The notes below the pieces were generated by a model, which saw only the letters and a program-made list of their open reading frames with translations, was not told the DNA's origin and searched no databases. A stretch of DNA of 64,000 nt from a virus, in the IMG/VR virus record IMGVR_UViG_3300006141_000001; one strand, 5' to 3'. This document shows positions 26,681-35,743 of the stretch, piece by piece. The first letter of the stretch is position 1, and each line of letters starts with the position of its first letter. A program made the translations under genes and the position numbers.

Positions 26681-28500
26681 TTCATTGGCAGTTTCTGAAA
26701 ATTTTCTACAACTAAACTATCTTTTGGAGCTGTGGTGATGGCATTTGACAATCCATCATTCCGTATTTCTATTTTTTGTTTTATTTCTTCATTTGAATTA
26801 TACCTTCCACGCATAGCAGCACCAACACCATCTAATATAGCTGATTTATGTTCACAACAAATAGACTCATCTACATGTTGTTGAATAAAACTTTCTTGGA
26901 GTTTTTCATCGGTACATATATATGTATCATCATATTGAGCCTTATATAAATGCTCCGCTAATAACGCACAGCAATTTGTGATTATTCCATTCCCTGCTTG
27001 TTTATATAGATGTGTATTCGCAATACCTATTTCTGCAGCTTTATCACAATCTTCGAAAGTCAATCCCATGAGTTTATAACATTCTTTCGGAGTTAATTTA
27101 CGGATTCTAATTGTTTTATATAATCCGTTAATCACGGCATTTGTTGGTTGATTTCCAAATCCTTTATGATCTCTAGCAAGTAATGTACATGCAAAATCTA
27201 TTTCTTTCTCAGATTTAGTCCCTTGATTTGAAACTAAGACCGTAATATCTGGAATTTCAAGAACAGCCGTTCCTTCTTTTTTCCTATTGCTTGATCCCCG
27301 ATTTTCACTTGCAGTTATACAATTTGCATTTTCAATTATCTTAGGGTTGTTGGTTGTTTTATCTATTCCACATATGATTTTAGCATTATTACCATGTCCT
27401 GCCGTATGTGTTGGTGATATTCCTTCTGGTGATACGACTATTCCGTCTTGCGAGGAATTAATCTCTCCAACTTTCAAAATATTATTTTCTGTTAAGTACC
27501 ATCCAGTTTTTGCACCGCCTCCACCGGCCTCGGATTTTAACGTCCTGCTAATATTATCTGAATACACCCTATTTGCATCCCCGTTATAATTATTGATATA
27601 CCCTACTTGATGGAGTTCATTATCAATCCTGAAAATTTTTTCTAAATCAATAGTTTTTAGAAATTTTTTTACTTTTTCGTCTGGTAAATAATATTTTTCA
27701 TCAACTTCTTTTTCTAAAATATCTTTTAGGCGTATACCAGTATCGAATGGTTTAGGAAATACATATTTACCTTTATCAATATCTTTCCTAATAGATATTA
27801 CAAAAACCCTTTCTCTTGATTGCGGGACTCCACAATTTTTCCCGTTGATTATCGAGTAATAAGAATTAAACCCCAACCCATCTAATATTCCTAACAAATC
27901 ATTAAAATTATTGATAAATTTTTTACTCACAAGATTTTTGACATTTTCAAACATTATGTATTTTGGAAGGGAATTACTATCTTTTGCTTTCTTGAGCAAT
28001 CTTATGTTTTCCCATAGCAGGCTACTTCTTGTACCACTATCAGGATTTAACCCTTTCATTTTTCCGCAAACGCTGATATCCGTGCAAGGAAAAGAACATG
28101 TCCATAAATCTGCATATGGCAATTCTTCAATTTTACTTATATCCCCTAAATTATGCGTCAGTTTACAAGCCAACCAATATTTCTCCAGATCCTTCTTCTT
28201 TCTCTTCACTAATTTAAGCCAATCGGACTTCTTGCCTTTCTCAGGATCATAGCCCAAATTTATATCCATTAAGTGCTGAGCCATCTCTTCCTTGGACGGA
28301 TACCCCTTATATGAAATAACCATTCCATCCGTCAAGCCACAATGGATAGCAGCATATGATAACACAGATTCTTTGCTTATTTCTGATGTATTTACTACTT
28401 CAATGTCAAATACTCCTGAGTCCCTAAATCCTCTTGTTTGACATCCTATTCCTGAAAATAATTCGTTTACTGTTAATTTTATTTTCTTATTTTCTTCCAA
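26677..28500 (-). CDS. DNA (cytosine-5)-methyltransferase with repeated TRD-like segments. Possibly multispecific.
   Basis: Motif I FSGIGC, IV SFPCTDIS, VI MFENVKNL and VIII QSRERVFVI. Several target-recognition-domain-end-like stretches (ANRVYSDNISRTLKSEAGGGG, GIVVSPEGISPTHTAGHG). Motif IX is RKLTPKECYKLMGL and motif X is LYKQAGNGIITN, followed by a roughly 100-aa extension. Confidence 0.85.
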   Translation of the reverse strand: MEENKKIKLTVNELFSGIGCQTRGFRDSGVFDIEVVNTSEISKESVLSYAAIHCGLTDGMVISYKGYPSKEEMAQHLMDINLGYDPEKGKKSDWLKLVKRKKKDLEKYWLACKLTHNLGDISKIEELPYADLWTCSFPCTDISVCGKMKGLNPDSGTRSSLLWENIRLLKKAKDSNSLPKYIMFENVKNLVSKKFINNFNDLLGILDGLGFNSYYSIINGKNCGVPQSRERVFVISIRKDIDKGKYVFPKPFDTGIRLKDILEKEVDEKYYLPDEKVKKFLKTIDLEKIFRIDNELHQVGYINNYNGDANRVYSDNISRTLKSEAGGGGAKTGWYLTENNILKVGEINSSQDGIVVSPEGISPTHTAGHGNNAKIICGIDKTTNNPKIIENANCITASENRGSSNRKKEGTAVLEIPDITVLVSNQGTKSEKEIDFACTLLARDHKGFGNQPTNAVINGLYKTIRIRKLTPKECYKLMGLTFEDCDKAAEIGIANTHLYKQAGNGIITNCCALLAEHLYKAQYDDTYICTDEKLQESFIQQHVDESICCEHKSAILDGVGAAMRGRYNSNEEIKQKIEIRNDGLSNAITTAPKDSLVVENFQKLPMN

Positions 28501-28640
28501 TTATTCTTAGAGCAAAAGACTGTCTTTTCTTGCTGGCCAGCAAAATCCCTTACTCCTTTCGTTATTCTAAAATTTCAATAGTTTTTTAGTACCTGCACAG
28601 GTTTGCCTCATAAGAGTATTGTCCTTTCTTATGTTTTCTC

Positions 28641-28847
28641 TTATAATTCTTCAAATTCCTTATTTAATTTTGCAATTTCCCCTAATAATAACATATATAA
28701 AGTATTCTCGACTTCAGTAGAAATCTTCACACTATCTGACATATGCATACCACTTGCAAGAATATAAATATTTTTATTTGCTTCAATACATTCTTTAACT
28801 CTATTTAATTGGGATACCCTTTCTTGAATTTCATTCGCCCCTTTCAA
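28641..28847 (-). CDS. hypothetical protein
   Basis: ORF track. Confidence 0.35.
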   Translation of the reverse strand: MKGANEIQERVSQLNRVKECIEANKNIYILASGMHMSDSVKISTEVENTLYMLLLGEIAKLNKEFEEL

Positions 28848-28951
28848 ATTGTTCTGTATTCATAATATCTCCTTATTTAAATAATATTCTTAAGTTTGAC
28901 AGGTATGAATTTCCATCATACTGGTTGTTACACACCCGCCTAGGTATGGAA

Positions 28952-29596
28952 TTATCCATATGTATCCTTGCTATATCGTCTATATATCTCCCCATTAAGT
29001 TTCTCTATTTCCATCCGTGCGCCATTACCCATTGGAATTTCAATAAATTTCCCATATGAATCCTCGTCATACTTATCTCCAAAACAACATAAACTGTTAC
29101 TTATATGTATCCCATACTTTCTACAATAACTATCATACAACAACACACCAATGTACTCCCCATATCTAATATCATCCCCTACAGAAAGACGATTCCCGTT
29201 TTTATCCATTAAATTTAATTCAAGTCCTATTTTACTTTCTTTATATTTAACTAGATTATTTCTTTTATTATTCTTTAATATTTTCCTAACCATATGTTTC
29301 TGATTATTTCTTGCCATTACCTGCCCTCTTTTTCCCCCTGGCACAATTTCAATATCATTTACCGCTCTCATAAGCCAGTATTCTTCAAGCACCTTATTTT
29401 CCTCATGTTTTACGGTCACATTATGTAACATTGATTTTTCCTCGCTTTCATTTTCTGATTTTGCATTGCTTTCAACTTCATCTAATGCCGATGTAAGAAG
29501 ATTGATAAATCTTTTTGTTGGCTTAATCAAAACTTCCCTTTCAAGCATTAACGGAGAACTTATCGCCCTCAATTCCTTAATATCTTTTTCTCTCAC
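28952..29596 (-). CDS. hypothetical protein
   Basis: ORF track. Confidence 0.45.
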   Translation of the reverse strand: MREKDIKELRAISSPLMLEREVLIKPTKRFINLLTSALDEVESNAKSENESEEKSMLHNVTVKHEENKVLEEYWLMRAVNDIEIVPGGKRGQVMARNNQKHMVRKILKNNKRNNLVKYKESKIGLELNLMDKNGNRLSVGDDIRYGEYIGVLLYDSYCRKYGIHISNSLCCFGDKYDEDSYGKFIEIPMGNGARMEIEKLNGEIYRRYSKDTYG

Positions 29597-29862
29597 TTCT
29601 TCCCCTCCATTTCTGCCAGCTTATCCTCGGCTTCTTGGCGTGTGAGGAAAACGGTTTTACCGATTTCACTTACTGCAAAAGTTCCTGTAATACTTCCGTT
29701 TGAATTTGTATAATAAACAAAAACTTGGTCTAAAACCTTTTCTTCTTCCCAATCATCATCATTCAAACTCCCAAAAGAAAATCCAGTAACCTCATAACTG
29801 CATGGTCTGCCAAAATCAATATCCCAGACCATGTCGCCAACTTTACAAGGAAATTTCGGCAT
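29593..29862 (-). CDS. small protein, paralogue of 29965..30288
   Basis: Shared C-terminal motif TVFLTRQEAEDKLAEME versus TVFLTKEAAEKALNEME. Confidence 0.45.
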   Translation of the reverse strand: MPKFPCKVGDMVWDIDFGRPCSYEVTGFSFGSLNDDDWEEEKVLDQVFVYYTNSNGSITGTFAVSEIGKTVFLTRQEAEDKLAEMEGKK

Positions 29863-29964
29863 TCCCCCTTGTTCCTCTAAATTTTCGTAATCTCTTAATC
29901 TTTCGTAAATGGCGACATAGCTTGGAAGTTTATCACTATCGTCAAAGCCAATTCTAAAATTTTA

Positions 29965-30288
29965 TCAGTCAATCTCTCCATTCTTCCTATCCTCCATTTC
30001 ATTTAATGCCTTTTCAGCAGCTTCTTTTGTCAGGAAAACGGTTATACTGATTTCTTCTTCGTTAAAAAGTTTAAAAATTCCGTTTTTAGCCACCGAAATA
30101 TAAACAATATCCATACCCTTAATAGACATTTCAACAACTTTATATTTATCAATTACACTGCTGTCATCTACTAAATATACTTCCTGTCCAAAAGATAAAG
30201 ATGTGATGTGAATTTTCCCCTGCTCCTCCATTTCCTCATACCGCTTAACCGCTTCATATGCCTTTTCTAATAATTTAGGACAAGTCAA
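29965..30288 (-). CDS. small protein, paralogue of 29593..29862
   Basis: Shared C-terminal motif (see the paralogue above). Confidence 0.45.
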   Translation of the reverse strand: MTCPKLLEKAYEAVKRYEEMEEQGKIHITSLSFGQEVYLVDDSSVIDKYKVVEMSIKGMDIVYISVAKNGIFKLFNEEEISITVFLTKEAAEKALNEMEDRKNGEID

Positions 30289-30402
30289 TTTCGATTACAT
30301 TTCAAAACAACTGCACTTGCTACATCCGTTCCCCTCCAAGCAATGCCTTAATTCCTCTGATAATTTCTTTTCTGCCATAGGTTCTCTTTTCTGGGCGGTT
30401 GA

Positions 30403-30825
30403 TCAGCTAAAATCAAATACTGACACCCTCAATTCATCAATCCCTACTGGTTTTCTGTTCCACGGGATTTTCTGCTTGCCCCTCTTTTCGTAATATTCAT
30501 CACACTTCCTGCAAGTACCTATTTCTCTATCCCACGGTTTCAAATTCATTCTTACTCCGCAACAATCGCAGTAATTGACGCTATCCATTTTCCGAAACTC
30601 GGCAACCTCCGCGCGCTGCTTCTTATCCCCAACCGCAATTAAAGATTTTCTTTGATGGCCTAAATCAAATTCATCATCTGATTTTATCTGCCGAAATTCT
30701 TTCAAATCCCACGGAAATTTACTGCCAGTAATCATTCCAAGTGTCAATACGCCTAATGCCATATCTTGAAAGAAGTTGCTACGGCTGAATAACTGATTTT
30801 CCGTCAAATCCACATTATTTTTCAT
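30403..30825 (-). CDS. zinc-ribbon protein
   Basis: CDCCGVRMN...CRKCDEYY. Confidence 0.4.
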   Translation of the reverse strand: MKNNVDLTENQLFSRSNFFQDMALGVLTLGMITGSKFPWDLKEFRQIKSDDEFDLGHQRKSLIAVGDKKQRAEVAEFRKMDSVNYCDCCGVRMNLKPWDREIGTCRKCDEYYEKRGKQKIPWNRKPVGIDELRVSVFDFS

Positions 30826-31447
30826 TCCGTTTTCCTTTCAGAAATGTCTTGATGTTCCAGAAAAATGATTTTTTAGGCTCGTTTTGAGTGATGATAAAGG
30901 TATTGTTCCTGCTCTCGAGCGTTCCTAACTGTTCTTTCAACTCTTGAATATCCGCAGGCGTTGAAATGGTCTTGACAATGTTTCTCTTTCCTGCTTTTTC
31001 TGTTTCATTTACCATTTTATCAAGCGTCAAATCGCAGTATTCATCTTCCCAGTCGCCCAAGTAATTGAAACGGTCAATTACAGTCCTGCTTGTCTGATTT
31101 TGGAATGCTCCGAAAAGTATTGGGTCTTTCGCCCTCCGTTCTTTCTGCACTTGCCTTTCAACCTTGCCCGTATAGTCCGTAAAGACAATATACAGTTGGT
31201 CGAATTTATCCCTAACCCTGCCGATAATCTCCACAATTTCATCTGGTATTTCTCTTTCATAATTCTCTAACTCAATGATTTTCACAGTATCTTTTGCAAC
31301 TGTATCTATGTATTCTTCAATGTCATCACGGTAAATAAAAGTCGTTATCCCCATTTTGACAATCTCACGCTCTTTCTCTATGCAGTCAAGATGAAATAGG
31401 AGTTTTCTCATGCCCTTTTTCTGCCCTGTGATTTTGTACTTATTCAA
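30815..31447 (-). CDS. Hypothetical protein. The reading frame continues upstream to an ATG at 31561 through one in-frame TAG.
   Basis: ORF track (TTG start), plus upstream GGAGGGTG-N5-ATG at 31561. Confidence 0.45.
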   Translation of the reverse strand: MNKYKITGQKKGMRKLLFHLDCIEKEREIVKMGITTFIYRDDIEEYIDTVAKDTVKIIELENYEREIPDEIVEIIGRVRDKFDQLYIVFTDYTGKVERQVQKERRAKDPILFGAFQNQTSRTVIDRFNYLGDWEDEYCDLTLDKMVNETEKAGKRNIVKTISTPADIQELKEQLGTLESRNNTFIITQNEPKKSFFWNIKTFLKGKRNEK

Positions 31448-31580
31448 AAGTTCAAGGCAGTTATCATAAACTTTCAGCAGTTCTTCATCTGTGATACTAT
31501 GTTTTCTCTCTTTGACCTGCTAAAAATACTCCTGTGGCGTTAATTCTTTGATTTTTTCCATGATTTCACCCTCCAAATCT

Positions 31581-31844
31581 TTAAAACAATTCATCAAATT
31601 TCTTTTCAATTTCTGCCGTATATTTCTTAACCATCTTATCCCTGACATTGGCGAATACTTCTTTGCGGACATCTTCAAATAAGTCCTCATAGTCGATTAT
31701 GTAATCACACATACTACCAAGGTCACTTTTCAGATAATCCAAAAGAATTTCTGAAATTTCATCCTTTATTTTCTGTGCGTTTTCTTCTCCTAAAAGTTCT
31801 GCGATTTTCAATATCTTTTCCATATATTTCCCTCTCTTTCTCAA
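31581..31844 (-). CDS. hypothetical protein
   Basis: ORF track. Confidence 0.4.
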   Translation of the reverse strand: MRKRGKYMEKILKIAELLGEENAQKIKDEISEILLDYLKSDLGSMCDYIIDYEDLFEDVRKEVFANVRDKMVKKYTAEIEKKFDELF

Positions 31845-31876
31845 AATGGATATTTTGCAATCCTGCCGATATGTAA

Positions 31877-32200
31877 TTAAACAAAACTTCCAAACCGTCC
31901 GAATACATGTTGCAAACTTCTAAAATTATCAATAATTTCATTGATTTTCTTATCCTTTTCGATCAACTGTTTCATATCATCTTCTGACAGTTCCGTATAT
32001 TCAAGAAGCCTATCAATCCATTCTTTCTGTTGGGATATGACAACATCTTTCTCTCTTATGACTTCATTCAGTTCATCAATCTGCTTTTGCTTTTTATTTA
32101 AGCCATCTGTTTGCTTTCTTATTTCAGAACGGAATTTTTCTCTTTCTTTATCAAAAGCTATATCCTTTGCTGATTTCTTGTAGTTACTCAAAAATCTCAC
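31877..32200 (-). CDS. hypothetical coiled-coil protein
   Basis: ORF track; heptad-like charged sequence. Confidence 0.4.
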   Translation of the reverse strand: MRFLSNYKKSAKDIAFDKEREKFRSEIRKQTDGLNKKQKQIDELNEVIREKDVVISQQKEWIDRLLEYTELSEDDMKQLIEKDKKINEIIDNFRSLQHVFGRFGSFV

Positions 32201-32594
32201 CGCCTTTCAAAATCCCATAAGCCTTATTCAGCATATCCATGTCAAAATATCCGAAATGACATTCTTCAACCGGAATATTCAGCTTAACCGCCAAATCTGC
32301 ATACGCTTTCTTCCTTGCAATTCGCCTTTTCGCTTGCGTTTTCTCGTTCTTCCACTGTCGGTCGAATAATTCATGGCACTTCATTTTCATTTCACGCATT
32401 TCAGCGTTTCCCAAAATTCCTAATGCTTCTCTTGGTCGTGGCTTGTGCGTTCCGACATAAGCACCGCAGCTTGTACAGTAATAGCATTTTCCACTGCCAT
32501 ATTCCCTGCCATAGATTTTAGAATTGCTTATGTAGACTACCGCACCGCCACATAGATTGCATTTTGTAGGGTATAAATCTATCAAAATGGACAC
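32184..32594 (-). CDS. Lar-like zinc-ribbon protein (GTG or TTG start)
   Basis: PTKCNLCGG...YYCTSCGAYVGTHK. Confidence 0.45.
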   Translation of the reverse strand: MSILIDLYPTKCNLCGGAVVYISNSKIYGREYGSGKCYYCTSCGAYVGTHKPRPREALGILGNAEMREMKMKCHELFDRQWKNEKTQAKRRIARKKAYADLAVKLNIPVEECHFGYFDMDMLNKAYGILKGGEIFE

Positions 32595-32621
32595 CTGCTT
32601 TCTTTCAATTCAACCTCTTTT

Positions 32622-32933
32622 CTACATCTGTTCCAATTCATACAGCATTTTCTCTAAATATCTTTTAAGTTCCTTTCGCTTTGAATCGCCCGAGCAATAG
32701 CTTATACAGTTTACGGTTATGCCTAACTTTTCCTTTAATTCCTTCACCTTTTCAACGTTCTGGTTCATAAACATCATGGCAAACGCATTAGCTTTGGCTA
32801 TATCCTCGCAAGTAAACTCGATAAAATATCTCCCCTTTTCTGGTATAAATATTGGTATATTTTCTCCGCTCTCCAAACTTTTGTTGATTGTATCTATGTA
32901 ATCCAAATCCTTTTCATCAAATTCTATCTTCAT
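32622..32933 (-). CDS. hypothetical protein
   Basis: ORF track. Confidence 0.4.
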   Translation of the reverse strand: MKIEFDEKDLDYIDTINKSLESGENIPIFIPEKGRYFIEFTCEDIAKANAFAMMFMNQNVEKVKELKEKLGITVNCISYCSGDSKRKELKRYLEKMLYELEQM

Positions 32934-32945
32934 ACAAAAACCTCC

Positions 32946-33641
32946 TTAAAATGGATACAAACTTAATTCAACCGTTTCTCCTGCCGCCGCACAGGCGCAT
33001 TTAACGCCCTCTCCAACGACTTTTTGAACTTCTGACAGACATTCCTCTGGGTTTGCACTATCACCACTTAAATGGCACAATACAATCGTTCTAAGGTCGC
33101 TTGTCATGTTCTCTTTAATGACCTTTTCAATCAGCGTATCAAGCGAACAGTGACCTTTTATCTGGTGGTCGTATTTTGGAGACTCTTTATTCAAATATTC
33201 TTTCTGGTAGTTACATTCTACAATCATATTTGTTAATCTCTTTTTCCTGAACGATACGGGAAGATGTAAATAATCCGTAGCATACAAAATTCTGTGTCCG
33301 TCAACCGTTATGTAAAATCCATAGCAAGGTACTCCGTCATGCGGAACTTTGAACGCCTGTATACTGAAACTGCCATATCTGATTTTGAGAGGGCAAGCCT
33401 TTGTTTCATCATAGGGCTTGAAAACAGGTATTCCCATATTCCCAAAATCATTAACTGCCTTTGAATGGTCGCCGTGCCCGTGGCTGACTAACGCCCCTAC
33501 AACATCAGATACATTAAAGTCAATTCCTTTCAGTATTTCTTTCCTTGCCAAACCCAAATCTAAGAGAAGTATCTTGCCGTCATTGTCATATAAGGCGTAA
33601 CAATTTCCGCTACTACCAGTGCCAATACATCTAACGAACAT
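32946..33641 (-). CDS. metallo-beta-lactamase-fold hydrolase
   Basis: HxHxDH motif ALVSHGHGDHS. Confidence 0.7.
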   Translation of the reverse strand: MFVRCIGTGSSGNCYALYDNDGKILLLDLGLARKEILKGIDFNVSDVVGALVSHGHGDHSKAVNDFGNMGIPVFKPYDETKACPLKIRYGSFSIQAFKVPHDGVPCYGFYITVDGHRILYATDYLHLPVSFRKKRLTNMIVECNYQKEYLNKESPKYDHQIKGHCSLDTLIEKVIKENMTSDLRTIVLCHLSGDSANPEECLSEVQKVVGEGVKCACAAAGETVELSLYPF

Positions 33642-34037
33642 CTAAACCACCTCGCTTTCGTCTGCATATTCCTTAATATTTTATAGTTTTCTTTTTCAAA
33701 CACTTCTTGCACACAAACACCCTCCTAAGTGCTATTGGATATTTATAAAAATTGTCGCTGCTCCATACCCTGATTTCTCCTGATATATCTTCAAACTCAT
33801 GTTTACAAAATAATCTTTTGATAAAATCAAACACTACCGAACCTCCCCAAACACTTCAAAATCAATCAAATCACTTCCTTTTCTACTGCGGCAATACCAC
33901 GCCCAAATAACAGGCTAAAAGCAATAATAAAGTTGCCGATATTACACGCAATACCTTTTCAAGCCTCTTGTTTTCAAACTCAAATGAGAGATAAACAAAT
34001 GCAGGTATTACCATAAATTCACAAATCAGCCTTTCTT

Positions 34038-34457
34038 TCATTCTCCCTCGTTTCCTCCCTCCAAAATCCCATGTATTGCCCTCAACTGCTCTAAGGAAAT
34101 ATCCTTTTGCGAACCATAACTGAACCGCTGTTCAATCTCCTGAAACAGTCTGCTTTTCTCTTGTTTTTCCTCAATCTCCTGTTTTGTGGCATAGAGAACA
34201 TAATTTTTTTCGCTGTAAGCCGATTTCTCAACAAATCTTTCATTATAATCTTGAAATTCAAAAGTAGTTTCAAATCGAAATATTCCGCTTTCTTTCTTGC
34301 AAGCTTTTATGTATTTCCTACCAACAGAAGTAATCTCCCATTCCTCAATGCACTGTTCAGGTGTCTTTCCTCTGCTTGCGTTCCTAGTCAGTTCAACATA
34401 AACCGTCTGACCGACTTTAAAATCTTTTATGTTCATTTGTTTTGTTTCTTTGGTCAT
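34038..34457 (-). CDS. hypothetical protein
   Basis: ORF track. Confidence 0.4.
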   Translation of the reverse strand: MTKETKQMNIKDFKVGQTVYVELTRNASRGKTPEQCIEEWEITSVGRKYIKACKKESGIFRFETTFEFQDYNERFVEKSAYSEKNYVLYATKQEIEEKQEKSRLFQEIEQRFSYGSQKDISLEQLRAIHGILEGGNEGE

Positions 34458-34672
34458 TTCGATACCTCGCTTTCATTCGCACAAATTGTATACTCATAAT
34501 TCTCAAGTTTGAAACCTTTTTGAATTGCAATTCTTGTGCCGTCTGGATTAACAAGATAACAGTCTACCTTGTGATTTTCTGTTTCACTTTCAAGAAAACC
34601 GTTTATAATATCTTCTGCTTTTTGCATTAACCTTCCGTTGCGCATTAGTGCTGTAAATGCGTTCATCTTCAA
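34454..34672 (-). CDS. hypothetical protein
   Basis: ORF track. Confidence 0.35.
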   Translation of the reverse strand: MKMNAFTALMRNGRLMQKAEDIINGFLESETENHKVDCYLVNPDGTRIAIQKGFKLENYEYTICANESEVSK

Positions 34673-35066
34673 AACACCTCCCCATAAAATGTCTCCCTCA
34701 CATTCACAGGCTTTCTAACCCCACTCCATAACTCCTTGTTCTTCAACGCTCCATTCGGTTCAGAACAGATAAAACATCTGCATATCGCCGGACGGACACT
34801 GTAAATCGTGCATTTCTCCGTTTTCTTATCTGTATTGAGGAATGGGCAAGTCATGTCAATAACCGGATTTGCAAGCGGTATTGTATGCTTACACTCTTTG
34901 ATGTGATTTTTCTTTATGCACCGTCTAATAACCTCAATTTCCTTGTCTGTCATTGGCAGAATATTTGAACAGCAGTTGCCGCAACCCGTACATTTCCCGT
35001 GTCGGTCATGTTGTAAACACCATGTTCAAAATCCTTTTGGACTTGTTCTAATGCGGATGTTTTCAT
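34669..35066 (-). CDS. YkgJ-family (CxxCGxCC) Fe/Zn-binding protein with an N-terminal frameshift
   Basis: The in-frame extension upstream of the annotated Met reads HGKCTGCGNCCSNILP (CxxCGxCC motif) but has no start codon. A 38-aa ORF (MKTSALEQVQKDFEHGVYNMTDTGN...) in another frame starts at ATG 35066 and would join the main frame by a 1-nt shift at gggaaat. Confidence 0.45.
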
Positions 35067-35067
35067 G

Positions 35068-35403
35068 TCATACCTCCACTTCGTCATCAGCGGGAAATTG
35101 GAAATAACATTTTTTCAAAACCATGTGTTCTATAAATAATTCAAAGTCTTTCTTTCCTGTGTGCTTAAATCTTCCGTACAAATCATCCATTCTTCTGATG
35201 CTTGGCATTCCTGTGTATTCCTCTCTCAACATCTCCATAGCCTTTCTTGCTTTGGTTTCGTTTTCATATGCAGCAACTTCAATATAATTATCTTCTGCTC
35301 CCCATATATCGCCTTGCGCGAATATCTTTCCGCTATCTGATACCTCTAAACAAACTTTTTCGTATGGAAAATCAATTTTTCCGTCCTGCGATAAAATCCT
35401 CAT
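35068..35403 (-). CDS. hypothetical protein
   Basis: ORF track. Confidence 0.4.
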   Translation of the reverse strand: MRILSQDGKIDFPYEKVCLEVSDSGKIFAQGDIWGAEDNYIEVAAYENETKARKAMEMLREEYTGMPSIRRMDDLYGRFKHTGKKDFELFIEHMVLKKCYFQFPADDEVEV

Positions 35404-35418
35404 ATCGGTTAATCCTCC

Positions 35419-35670
35419 TTAATCATCTTCGTTTTCATATCCGATTGTTGGCATATATTTCTGCTCGTTCCCGAACAATTCAATCAACTGTCTTATAGTT
35501 ATAAACCCATCTTCTTTCTGTTCGGGTTGCAACAGTTTGACAAGTCCGTAATAAGCATCAAGCCATTGCATTTCGAAAATTCCTTTATCATTTACACAAA
35601 GAAATCTTCCGGTGTTATGTCCTTTGTCTTGCGCGTATTTTTGCAATGAATAAATGTTCATAGGTTCCAT
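35419..35670 (-). CDS. hypothetical protein
   Basis: ORF track. Confidence 0.4.
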   Translation of the reverse strand: MEPMNIYSLQKYAQDKGHNTGRFLCVNDKGIFEMQWLDAYYGLVKLLQPEQKEDGFITIRQLIELFGNEQKYMPTIGYENEDD

Positions 35671-35743
35671 TTCTCCAACCCCCTCCTAACTCTCCAAATA
35701 ATAAACATTCTCAAAATTAACAATCACAAAGCGGTTTTTCTCT

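Noticed and set aside
28525-28550. TTGCTGGCCAGCAA as an intrinsic terminator feature.
   Set aside because: It is a perfect palindrome with no loop and no adjacent U-tract on either strand. I reported it only as a recurring GC-rich motif.
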